Shown: positions 17,263 through 25,247 of the stretch, piece by piece
Layout of the letters: each line of letters begins with the position of its first letter
Position numbering within the stretch: position 1 is the first letter of the stretch
Virus record (IMG/VR): IMGVR_UViG_3300032232_001021
Coordinates: 1 to 29,478 of that record
From: a virus
Lineage: Duplodnaviria; Caudoviricetes
Direction: 5' to 3' (one strand)
Length of the DNA: 29,478 nucleotides
Notes under the pieces: generated by a model
What the model was told of the DNA's origin: nothing
The model's database searches: none
The model's input: only the letters and a program-made list of their open reading frames with translations
Position numbers and translations under genes: made by a program

Positions 17263-17366
17263 ATAAGATTTTTTAGAAACATTTCCACAAATGGTGGATA
17301 TATGTCCACAAACAGTGTATATTGATCCTATGAGCAACCGCTCATACTAACCGCCAGGAGGACAAA
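17263..17366 (+). promoter_or_regulatory. Promoter/leader cassette 3 (divergent) with palindromic operator
   Basis: ATAAGATTTT, near-palindrome GTGGATATATGTCCAC (17294-17309), -10-like TATATT, hairpin TATGAGC-AACC-GCTCATA, AACCGCCAGGAGGACAAAATG. Confidence 0.72.
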
Positions 17367-17561
17367 ATGTCACACGAAATGATAAAGGTACTTGATGATT
17401 CAAAAGTTGGATTTCATTATGTATCACCAAAAGGAAATGTCCGTGTAGTAAAAAATGTTAACGATTCATGGGTTATTTCTTTGAATAATAAAGAAATTGA
17501 AATGTACGGAGTTGGTTACACAGCACTTTGCGTCGCTTCACAGATTGCAGAGGCAAACTAA
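17367..17561 (+). CDS. Hypothetical early protein
   Basis: 64 aa, strong AGGAGG RBS. Confidence 0.75.
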   Translation: MSHEMIKVLDDSKVGFHYVSPKGNVRVVKNVNDSWVISLNNKEIEMYGVGYTALCVASQIAEAN

Positions 17562-17776
17562 TGAATACATTGTCACAGAACCAAATCTATTGGAACTCTT
17601 CATGTGGACTTCCTAGAACTTTCTTTGTACAAAAAATTGTACTTGGATATGCAGAAGGAAGTTACTCATTAGAAGAGTACACAGATTATTACAATCGCAT
17701 GACTTCAGTTGAGAAGCAAACAGCTGATGATCTATGTTCTGCAATCTTCCAAGCAATATTAGAGGAGGCAAAATAA
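17561..17776 (+). CDS. Hypothetical protein
   Basis: ATG 17561 via TAATG coupling, GAGG RBS; 71 aa. Confidence 0.7.
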   Translation: MNTLSQNQIYWNSSCGLPRTFFVQKIVLGYAEGSYSLEEYTDYYNRMTSVEKQTADDLCSAIFQAILEEAK

Positions 17777-18012
17777 TGGCACTAGTAACTATGGATGAAA
17801 AAGGAAACATAGTGGACACTTCAAAGCACAGATGGATGTTTGTTTGTGACCGTTGTGGTAACACAGTTCCTCATAGCAATTCAATGGAAATCTATAGATT
17901 AGCGTATAGAGAAGACGGCGGAGAAAACGATCACCGTTCATTTTGTTCTTCAATATGCGTATCTGAAATTATTAGACAAGAATCTAGAATAACTCCAATG
18001 GAAGTGAAATAA
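17776..18012 (+). CDS. Small Zn-finger-like protein
   Basis: ATG 17776, GAGGAGG RBS; CDRC ... FCSSIC. Confidence 0.7.
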   Translation: MALVTMDEKGNIVDTSKHRWMFVCDRCGNTVPHSNSMEIYRLAYREDGGENDHRSFCSSICVSEIIRQESRITPMEVK

Positions 18013-18164
18013 TGACTACTCAAATCTATATGTGCATATATTGCGATAATGAAGTTGCTGAAAATACTTATTGTGTACCTTGCCATGAGTACAAAAGCGT
18101 GGTCACAAAAGAAGAATGGATTCAGTTTAACTTAGAAAACCCTAGAGTAAAGGTAGGTTCATGA
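18012..18164 (+). CDS. Zn-finger miniprotein (50 aa; not in ORF track)
   Basis: MTTQIYMCIYCDNEVAENTYCVPCHEYKSVV...; two CxxC; TAATG and ATGA coupling. Confidence 0.7.
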   Translation: MTTQIYMCIYCDNEVAENTYCVPCHEYKSVVTKEEWIQFNLENPRVKVGS

Positions 18165-18322
18165 CAACTAAAAGATCTGGAAAACTTAAGTGTGCCGCAT
18201 GTGGATCTGATGTTATGGCTTCCAGTAGAGCGTATAGTGGAATGCCGCGATGGGTTTGTGTTGTTCCAATATGCATAAACTCTGAAATTGCTTGGGATTT
18301 GGATGAATCCAATGACTTGTAA
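18161..18322 (+). CDS. Zn-ribbon miniprotein (53 aa; not in ORF track)
   Basis: MTTKRSGKLKCAACGSDV...WVCVVPICINS...; ATGA overlap, AGGTAGG RBS. Confidence 0.65.
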   Translation: MTTKRSGKLKCAACGSDVMASSRAYSGMPRWVCVVPICINSEIAWDLDESNDL

Positions 18323-18428
18323 TCTATGTTACGGCAAAGGATATATCTATCATTCCCATCAAGAGGAATATGATGTTGAAGTTTGTCCATGCCAGCAAAC
18401 AAAGGAGACTAAAGATGAAACTAACTAA
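18303..18428 (+). CDS. Cys-rich miniprotein (41 aa; not in ORF track)
   Basis: MNPMTCNLCYGKGYIYHSHQEEYDVEVCPCQ...; CxxCxGxG motif; start could be 18312. Confidence 0.6.
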   Translation: MNPMTCNLCYGKGYIYHSHQEEYDVEVCPCQQTKETKDETN

Positions 18429-18561
18429 ACGTGGCAAACGAGTTAGAGCAGTATTGATCTTAATTGCTTTATGGTCTATTTGGCAAGTCTCTGGACATCT
18501 TTGGTGGGTTGAAGATCATTACTGTTGGGGAGAAATGGTTGAATGTTACTTTCCAAAATAA
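18415..18561 (+). CDS. Small membrane-anchored protein
   Basis: ATG 18415 with AAGGAG RBS; MKLTKRGKRVRAVLILIALWSIW: basic N-terminus plus TM segment. Confidence 0.7.
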   Translation: MKLTKRGKRVRAVLILIALWSIWQVSGHLWWVEDHYCWGEMVECYFPK

Positions 18562-18699
18562 TGGACGACCAACCGGAGAACCGCCAGGTAAACCGGTTGA
18601 TCGCTTGCGGATTATACATTGTATTTGCAATGTGTGTTATGTCCGATTATGAAACGAAACAAATCAATGATACAATGGTCACTACGGACAGATTAGGAT

Positions 18700-18888
18700 A
18701 TGCAAATGACAACTGAAAATAGAAAGTCCCTTACTACGGGGCAAGCTGCAAAGCTCATTGGACGCAACTCACGGACTGTTCGTCGTTGGGTTGATCTTGG
18801 AAAAGTCGAAGGTTATAAGACACCTTCCAACTTACGTTACGTTTATCAAGATGCATTAGATGCATTGATGAATGGAACCAAAAGCTAA
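18700..18888 (+). CDS. Excisionase/MerR-type HTH DNA-binding protein
   Basis: LTTGQAAKLIGRNSRTVRRWVDLGKVEGYKTPSNLRY; extended -10-like TGATACAAT upstream. Confidence 0.85.
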   Translation: MQMTTENRKSLTTGQAAKLIGRNSRTVRRWVDLGKVEGYKTPSNLRYVYQDALDALMNGTKS

Positions 18889-18963
18889 CTAACACAACGA
18901 CTAGGAGGCAACTATGTTTGTGTTTAATTACGCTGTATCTATCCGCCGTCAGAGGAACGATGT

Positions 18964-19413
18964 CTGAAGGTCATGGCAATCGCTGTAGCCTTTTTATTAG
19001 TAACACCAAATGCGAATGCGGTGGACTATAAATCAGCAGCAGCAAGAGTTCCAAAAGATCAAATTGCTTACGCACAATGCGTTAGCCATCATGAATCTAG
19101 AGGGAACTACAAAGCAGTAGGAGATGAGTCTTCAGCCAGAGGACGATGGCAATTCTTAGATAAGCAATGGAGACATGGTTTATCTTTTATGGTTGCAAAC
19201 AGATTAGTAGATTATGGAATGCCTAAGTCTAAGACTAAGAAGCTGGTGAAACACCTTCAATCAAAGTCCATAGATACATGGGAACCGATCTACCAAGATA
19301 TAGGATTTGTAGCAGTATTGAACGCAAAGTACCATTGGTCCGGTTGGACACATTGGGCGGTCAATTCTAAATGCAATGAACTAGTACCTAAACAACTAAC
19401 ACGAAAGGCATAA
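18964..19413 (+). CDS. Secreted lysozyme-like/Rpf-like transglycosylase
   Basis: Signal peptide ending ANA; CVSHHESRGNYKA, ARGRWQFLDKQW, GWTHW; start either CTG 18964 or ATG 18973. Confidence 0.72.
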   Translation: MKVMAIAVAFLLVTPNANAVDYKSAAARVPKDQIAYAQCVSHHESRGNYKAVGDESSARGRWQFLDKQWRHGLSFMVANRLVDYGMPKSKTKKLVKHLQSKSIDTWEPIYQDIGFVAVLNAKYHWSGWTHWAVNSKCNELVPKQLTRKA

Positions 19414-19414
19414 A

Positions 19415-19750
19415 ATGTCAGAAACCGCCAGGGAATGGTTTGAACCACGACAATTATCTTTATTGGCTGATCCGATTGATGAACAGTTTAACAAGTTCCA
19501 TCATGAGAATCCACATATTTATCGTCAACTAGTTGATCTAGCATATCAATGGAAAAATGCTGGACACGACATTTGTTCAATTGATTTACTAATTAACAAA
19601 CTAAGGTGGGAAATTGGTATCCGATCAACGGGGGATCAATTTGCTATCTCTAATAATTATGCAAGTCGTTACTCAAGACTAATTGAGGCAAACGAAAAAG
19701 GACTTGCCAATTTCTTTACCAAGAGAACTTTGAAGAGCTCATGGGACTAG
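19415..19750 (+). CDS. Phage hypothetical protein
   Basis: 111 aa; FNKFHHENPHIY ... LRWE ... ISNNYASRYSRLI; GAAAGG RBS. Confidence 0.7.
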   Translation: MSETAREWFEPRQLSLLADPIDEQFNKFHHENPHIYRQLVDLAYQWKNAGHDICSIDLLINKLRWEIGIRSTGDQFAISNNYASRYSRLIEANEKGLANFFTKRTLKSSWD

Positions 19751-20511
19751 AGAGAATTGAAACAAAGCGTGGGCATAAATATGTTCTTGATGGTCAACCT
19801 GTCAAAGGTGTAACAACTTTAATCGGTTCTGGTATGCCTAAACCTGCACTTCCATATTGGAGTGCAAAACTAGTTGCAGAATATGTCTTTGACAATTTTG
19901 CAAATCTTCCTAATCTAATAAACCGTGATAGAGAAGAAGCTGTCAAGTTTCTTAAGATGATTCCTTGGAACCAACGTGACAAAGCAGGAGCACGTGGAAC
20001 TGAGATCCATGCAATTGCTGAAACCATCATTCACGGTGGAGAAGCAGAAGTTGCAGGCGAATTTGCTGAATATGTCAATGGCTATGTAGAATGGTTAGAT
20101 CAATGGGAAGTAGTTCCTGTACTAACTGAAAAAGTTGTAGCAAATCGTGTACACGGATATGCCGGTACTTTTGATGCAATATTGACATTCCGCAACGGTC
20201 CATTAACTGGCAAGACTTATCTTTGTGATTGGAAGACAAGTTCTGGAGTTTATGGAGAGATGGCAATGCAAATTGCGGCATATGCAAATGCTGATTTTTA
20301 TCTTGATGACGAAGGTAATGAACATCAAATGCCTGAGGTTGATGGATTAGGAATAGTCCATGTATCTCCAAACGGTACAACATTCCATGAAGTGACGGAT
20401 GTAGATCTTGCATGGGATTCATTTCTAACTGTTATTGATTTGGCAAACAGATTAGAACACATTGAAGGTTTATTGACACAACTAGGGGGATTAAATGGAC
20501 AAGCGTCTTGA
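19741..20511 (+). CDS. PD-(D/E)XK exonuclease (RecB/Cas4-like)
   Basis: GVTTLIG, RGTEIH, YAGTFDAI, DWKTS, QIAAY motifs. Confidence 0.88.
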   Translation: MGLERIETKRGHKYVLDGQPVKGVTTLIGSGMPKPALPYWSAKLVAEYVFDNFANLPNLINRDREEAVKFLKMIPWNQRDKAGARGTEIHAIAETIIHGGEAEVAGEFAEYVNGYVEWLDQWEVVPVLTEKVVANRVHGYAGTFDAILTFRNGPLTGKTYLCDWKTSSGVYGEMAMQIAAYANADFYLDDEGNEHQMPEVDGLGIVHVSPNGTTFHEVTDVDLAWDSFLTVIDLANRLEHIEGLLTQLGGLNGQAS

Positions 20512-21046
20512 GAATTATGTAGATGTACCACAAAGAATTAAACTGTTCTACGAAAAGTATCCAGAAGGTTCATTGCAGATGGATCCTGATCTTCAATTTC
20601 AGACAGTTGGAGATCAAATCATTGTGATTGGTAGAGCTTATGCTTATCGCAATGCACAAGATGAAAAACCTGGCGTTGGTACAGCGCAAGAATATTTGCC
20701 TGGTAAAACTAACTTTACTCGAGGTAGTGAAATACAAAACCTTGAAACAAGTTGCTGGGGCAGAGCAATCGGAGCTTTAGGCATAGGCATTGATAAAGCA
20801 ATTGCAAGTAAAGAAGAAGTTGAACTTGCAATGGAACGCAACAAACCAGACAAGGTCATGATGAAACGTACAAATCCTGGTTTAAAGCAAATAGTAGAGT
20901 TGTTAGGAACACAAGGCATCACGGAGAAGGATGCAATCCTAGCGGCAGTACGCGGTTTAGTAGACCGTGAAATTAGTTCGAGTAATGATCTTACTGATGA
21001 TGAGGTCGCGCTTATTATCAAAAACCTGGCGGTTGTAGGATCATGA
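20495..21046 (+). CDS. Putative single-strand annealing recombinase
   Basis: YVDVPQRIKLF, NLETSCWGRAIGALGIG, IASKEEV; adjacent to the exonuclease. Confidence 0.65.
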   Translation: MDKRLENYVDVPQRIKLFYEKYPEGSLQMDPDLQFQTVGDQIIVIGRAYAYRNAQDEKPGVGTAQEYLPGKTNFTRGSEIQNLETSCWGRAIGALGIGIDKAIASKEEVELAMERNKPDKVMMKRTNPGLKQIVELLGTQGITEKDAILAAVRGLVDREISSSNDLTDDEVALIIKNLAVVGS

Positions 21047-21468
21047 CTCGAATGTCTTGGGACAAATATGGATTGGAGATTGCGAGAGCAGCCTCCTATC
21101 GCAGTGAAGATCCATATCTCAAAGTTGGTGCATGCGTTCTACGCGGGGATAGAAGCATAATAAGCATCGGCTACAATGGGGCTGCGCCTGGCGTTGATAT
21201 TCCTTGGAGAGATAGAGACGCTAGGCGTGGTTTTGTAATACATGCAGAAGTAAATGCATTACGCTATTGCACGCCAGATCAGACTAAGGGCGGATATTTG
21301 TACGTGACGCATCATCCTTGTTCTGAATGCATAAAAGTAATTGCTAGTTATGGAATTTCTAATGTCATGTATTCTGATTTGATAGATGTAGCAGTTTACG
21401 ATCTATCTTCAATTGCCGAATTGGCAAAAGCTTTTAATATTTCATTGAAACAGGAGGTACGGCAATGA
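21043..21468 (+). CDS. dCMP deaminase family protein
   Basis: RSEDPYLKVGAC, GYNG, HAEVNAL, PCSEC zinc-deaminase motifs. Confidence 0.92.
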   Translation: MTRMSWDKYGLEIARAASYRSEDPYLKVGACVLRGDRSIISIGYNGAAPGVDIPWRDRDARRGFVIHAEVNALRYCTPDQTKGGYLYVTHHPCSECIKVIASYGISNVMYSDLIDVAVYDLSSIAELAKAFNISLKQEVRQ

Positions 21469-21896
21469 GTTCTTTACAAATGATTTTGGATAATCAAAGA
21501 AAGTTACAGTTAAAATCGTATGGAGTAGATGTATCTACTTTAGATGGAGAAGAAAGAGCAGCTTACATTCGAAACATGTCTTTGGCATTGACAGATGAGT
21601 TGCATGAAGCATTAAATGAAACGGGTTGGAAACCATGGGCAACTAGTAGGCATCTAAATAGAGCAGCTTTTGCCGGAGAGATGATAGATGTACTTCATTT
21701 CTGGGTTAACCTAATGCTAGTTGCAGGAGTTACAGAACAAGACATACTTGATCTTTACTTTGCAAAAGCAGATAAAAATGCCAAGCGTCAATTAAATGGC
21801 TATGACGGCATTGACGGCAAGTGCAAGACTTGTGGACGAGCATTTGACGATGGCGCTGTTCTTTGCACTCCCATTGCTTGTGAACACATAGAATGA
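21465..21896 (+). CDS. All-alpha NTP pyrophosphatase (dimeric dUTPase / T4 gp56 dCTPase-like)
   Basis: DELHEALNETGWKPW, EMIDVLHF, YFAKADKNAKRQ. Confidence 0.85.
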   Translation: MSSLQMILDNQRKLQLKSYGVDVSTLDGEERAAYIRNMSLALTDELHEALNETGWKPWATSRHLNRAAFAGEMIDVLHFWVNLMLVAGVTEQDILDLYFAKADKNAKRQLNGYDGIDGKCKTCGRAFDDGAVLCTPIACEHIE

Positions 21897-22891
21897 AATA
21901 CGTTTTAGATGATGTAGTCACATCTTTCACTGATCGCATTGCAAGTCATAGATCTGCTTGGACACGTATGCAGAAATGTATGGTGGACAATACTTTCGAT
22001 ACAAAGTCTGAAATTGCTTTTGGCAATGCTGCTGCAGTAAAAGATGGCACTTGGTTGGTGTCTACTCCAATGGAATTCAAAGGTGAAGTATTTAATTTAT
22101 TTGGCGGATATACAAAAGAGACTCGAGACAGAATTGCACGAGTTTTGGATATGGATCTTGCAAATATCAAAGCTTTGGATATGCCTGTTGGTGACATTGA
22201 AAGAATTCTTCGTCCGCGTGCAGCAAAGACTGATTTTGATTTTACTGAAGCAGAATGGTCAAAAATCCGTGATCTAATGAAATGTGAAGTTATAAAGCAC
22301 GAAGATCTTGTCTTAGATATTCAAAGAGTAGTTATTGGCGACTCACATTCAATTTCAAGATACCGAGCAAATACCGTTGTTTATCGTCATGATGGTTTGA
22401 CTCTTCATGGTTTGACTGAAAGAGGAGTAGAACCTTATCTTCCTGATTACTTTGTACCACACTTAGTTATTTATGCGGGAAACGTAGACATTAGACACCA
22501 TTTGTGCAGACAGTTAGATCCTGAAGGATCCGCCAGGAGATTAGTGAGCAATCTGAGAATGCATCTTGAATATATGCAGCAAAAGGGAAAAATAGGAACA
22601 TTTGAGGTAACTGCTCCATATCCGATTGAGTTTGAAGAAAGAAAAATTCCAAAAACAGGATTTTATAAAGGTACAGCGTTCTATGGATCTCATCCTTTGC
22701 GTGACAAAGTTCGTCAAATTATGACTAACGAGATGAAGTATCAGTTTGATAATGTTCACGAGTGGCCAACTAATTGGTACATGATAGATCCAGAAGATTA
22801 TGCAAAAACATACATGGAAAAGCCTGGATCAGTCCACTTGTCGCCTGAGTTTTATGAATGGGATTTGGTTAACAATGCCGAAAATAACTGA
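21893..22891 (+). CDS. Hypothetical protein with C-terminal SGNH-like domain
   Basis: IGDSHS, GLTLHG, AGNVDIRHH, GSVHL resemble SGNH blocks I, II, III, V. Confidence 0.6.
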   Translation: MKYVLDDVVTSFTDRIASHRSAWTRMQKCMVDNTFDTKSEIAFGNAAAVKDGTWLVSTPMEFKGEVFNLFGGYTKETRDRIARVLDMDLANIKALDMPVGDIERILRPRAAKTDFDFTEAEWSKIRDLMKCEVIKHEDLVLDIQRVVIGDSHSISRYRANTVVYRHDGLTLHGLTERGVEPYLPDYFVPHLVIYAGNVDIRHHLCRQLDPEGSARRLVSNLRMHLEYMQQKGKIGTFEVTAPYPIEFEERKIPKTGFYKGTAFYGSHPLRDKVRQIMTNEMKYQFDNVHEWPTNWYMIDPEDYAKTYMEKPGSVHLSPEFYEWDLVNNAENN

Positions 22892-23927
22892 AACCATCTA
22901 TTGGGAAGACTTTAAGAAGTACTACGATAAAGCTGCAGTTTTGCAAAACATAAACATTGCAAGTGCAGGCGGTCGTGATACTTCTGAAGACTTACATGTT
23001 GATGATCCATTGCAGCATCACATTACTATCTATGACACAGTAGATCGTGAATTTGCTGGATTTAGCAATGCTATTCAACAGATTTGGTATGGATCAAACA
23101 ATCCAAAGAAGTGGCAAGTTGACAGTCGTTTTGATGGTTACAACTTGCACACAATGGATTGGTTTTATTTATTCATGATTCACAGAGTCACTGGATCAGG
23201 TGCTTCGTTTAGTTACGACCATGGATTTAGAAATAGCATACTTTCAGATATGGCTCTGAAGACAGATAACATGATTCATATGAGAAACTATGTGTTAAGT
23301 GAGATGAAAACTGGTAGGCCAATCTTTACAAGCATTGGTAATCAGATTCCACAATTCCCTAAGCCAAATGCAGAATATCCACGTGGATCTCAGCTTTACA
23401 TTTCAGAGTATATGCCGCACTTAGTTAAAGATTTCTATACTCATTTGTCTTACAATCCATTGACAATGTCAATTAGAGATGGAGTTGATTGGATCAATGA
23501 ATGGCACAAATCTCAAGGTCTAAAGTGTTTCCATTTTGTAATGACAGCATTTGTAATGGATGTTGCTCAATATTTTCCTACATTGATAGATCCATGGAGT
23601 CAAGTAAACTATGGCAGCAATGCAATTAAAGCTTTGAACTTATTGTTTAAGAATGAAGGTTACAAGCAAAAAGACTTTTTAGATGCTGCAATGGAAGTCA
23701 TTTGCAATCAGTTTAGATCTCCTTATGATCCGCGTGACCACGAAAGAAACTTAGGCAAAGGATTAAGTTTAGAAGATGTTGCATGTGACTATGTCCGATA
23801 CGTTGAATGTTATGTACCAAAAGGTTATGAACACTTAGAACCTTGGCAAGTAACAAACAAATCACTAATACCTCATCATGCAAAACATTGGACATACCAC
23901 AAACACTTGGAGGCTAAAAATGTTTAA
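22875..23927 (+). CDS. Divergent aGPT-Pplase1-like DNA base-hypermodification enzyme (helical, glycosylase-like fold)
   Basis: DPLQHHITIYDTVDRE, FVMTAFVMDVAQY, NYGSNAIKALNLLF, LEDVACDYVRY parallel the family's DPIL..NV.R, F.AY...DL.Y, GPGA..GL..LF and IE..LCE..KY motifs; operon context. Confidence 0.6.
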   Translation: MPKITETIYWEDFKKYYDKAAVLQNINIASAGGRDTSEDLHVDDPLQHHITIYDTVDREFAGFSNAIQQIWYGSNNPKKWQVDSRFDGYNLHTMDWFYLFMIHRVTGSGASFSYDHGFRNSILSDMALKTDNMIHMRNYVLSEMKTGRPIFTSIGNQIPQFPKPNAEYPRGSQLYISEYMPHLVKDFYTHLSYNPLTMSIRDGVDWINEWHKSQGLKCFHFVMTAFVMDVAQYFPTLIDPWSQVNYGSNAIKALNLLFKNEGYKQKDFLDAAMEVICNQFRSPYDPRDHERNLGKGLSLEDVACDYVRYVECYVPKGYEHLEPWQVTNKSLIPHHAKHWTYHKHLEAKNV

Positions 23928-24807
23928 GATAACTACAGACACTTCAAGTAAGTACTCACATCGGCATAGAGAACAATGGTTAGATCTTGCAGGTGATTGG
24001 ACAGATGAAACACAAGCACCAAACATAGGCTCCTTTCATGGTGCAACAATCTGGGATGATTCTGTGACTGGAGTCGGTACAAAAGGTCGTTGGGGAGATC
24101 TATTAGTTAAAACTATGGAATCAGATCATCTAGTTTACGTACAACCAAGAGTCGGTTGGGCAGGAGTTTCATTAGCTGCTCTTGCAAAGAAATATAACAA
24201 AAAGTTAACATTGTTTATGCCTTCCTCAAAAGTAGTCAGTGACCATCAATTAGTTTGTATCGAAAGAGGAGCAAATCCAATCTTTCGAAGAATCGCAGCA
24301 ATGCCAGTTCTCAACAAATATGCCAAAGATTGGGCAGAACAAAATAATGCTCAATTTGTGCCATTTGGTTTAGATCATCCCATAGTTGTTGCAGCTGGAG
24401 TTAAATCTACAATCCAACAATGGGGAGATCGAGATGAACCAAAAGATGTTGTATCAGTTATTAGTACAGGAGTTCTCACAAGAACTCTGCAAATTGCTTG
24501 GCCCAATGCAAGATTCCACGGAATTGCAGTTGCAAGAAACCTTCATGCAGGCGAGATCGGAAGAGCGGACGTTACAACTTACCATAAAGCTTTCAGAGAA
24601 AAAGCTGAGTATGCAGACAAAATCAACGAGGAAATTAACTCTGCACCAACATATGATTGCAAAGGTTTAGAAAGATTTATGTTGGACAAAACTCAAGCAC
24701 CAAAAACACCCTCGACTTTACTATGGAATGTAGCAGGTGACGTAAAACCAGTTATAATGGTCCATTCACAAGTTGAAAGTTTCAGAGAATGGGGTGAGTT
24801 TAGATGA
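23920..24807 (+). CDS. PLP-dependent enzyme, fold type II (TrpB/ACC deaminase-like)
   Basis: GTKGR (PLP Lys), GWAGVSLAALAKKYNKKLTLFMP, ISTGVLT, YDCK, LLWNVA; GGAGG RBS before ATG 23920. Confidence 0.78.
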   Translation: MFKITTDTSSKYSHRHREQWLDLAGDWTDETQAPNIGSFHGATIWDDSVTGVGTKGRWGDLLVKTMESDHLVYVQPRVGWAGVSLAALAKKYNKKLTLFMPSSKVVSDHQLVCIERGANPIFRRIAAMPVLNKYAKDWAEQNNAQFVPFGLDHPIVVAAGVKSTIQQWGDRDEPKDVVSVISTGVLTRTLQIAWPNARFHGIAVARNLHAGEIGRADVTTYHKAFREKAEYADKINEEINSAPTYDCKGLERFMLDKTQAPKTPSTLLWNVAGDVKPVIMVHSQVESFREWGEFR

Positions 24808-25247
24808 TTACCATCATCGAAGGTTCTGATGGAACAGGCAAAACAACTTATGCACAAAAACTAACTGAAAGATACAATGCAAAGTATTTGCATGCTGAAC
24901 AACCTAGATCAAGAATATGGTCAGATGAATACATTAGACCTTTAACTTCTGACAATATGGTTCTTGATCGATGGCATTTAGGTGAAATTGTTTGGCCTAA
25001 AATCTACGGAAGAGTTTCATTATTTGATGAAACAACATTTGATTATTGCAATTGGGAACTTGCCAAACTAGGAGCTAGGTTAATCTTATTAACAAGATCT
25101 GAAGATGCAATAGCAGAAGAATTGCTAAGACGAGGTGAAGAATTGCAAATAGATTTTGTCTTACATTCAAGATCTTTATTTATAGAAGCTTTTAGACAAG
25201 TAAAATACTTAGATAAAACAATAATCCATAGTGAGGTGGTTAGGTAA
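24804..25247 (+). CDS. P-loop nucleotide kinase (thymidylate/dNMP kinase-like)
   Basis: IIEGSDGTGKTT Walker A and LDRWHLGE motif. Confidence 0.85.
   Translation: MITIIEGSDGTGKTTYAQKLTERYNAKYLHAEQPRSRIWSDEYIRPLTSDNMVLDRWHLGEIVWPKIYGRVSLFDETTFDYCNWELAKLGARLILLTRSEDAIAEELLRRGEELQIDFVLHSRSLFIEAFRQVKYLDKTIIHSEVVR

Noticed and set aside
17002-17337. ORFs 17002-17226(+) and 17077-17337(-)
   Set aside because: No RBS, atypical composition, and they overlap promoter cassettes and palindromes
15498-17369. Repeated leader cassettes as a mini-CRISPR array
   Set aside because: Copies are kilobases apart, in both orientations and tied to start codons; no regular spacers
18700-18888. Excisionase-like HTH as evidence of lysogeny
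   Set aside because: No integrase, CI-like repressor or att site was seen in the window; such HTH proteins also occur in lytic phages
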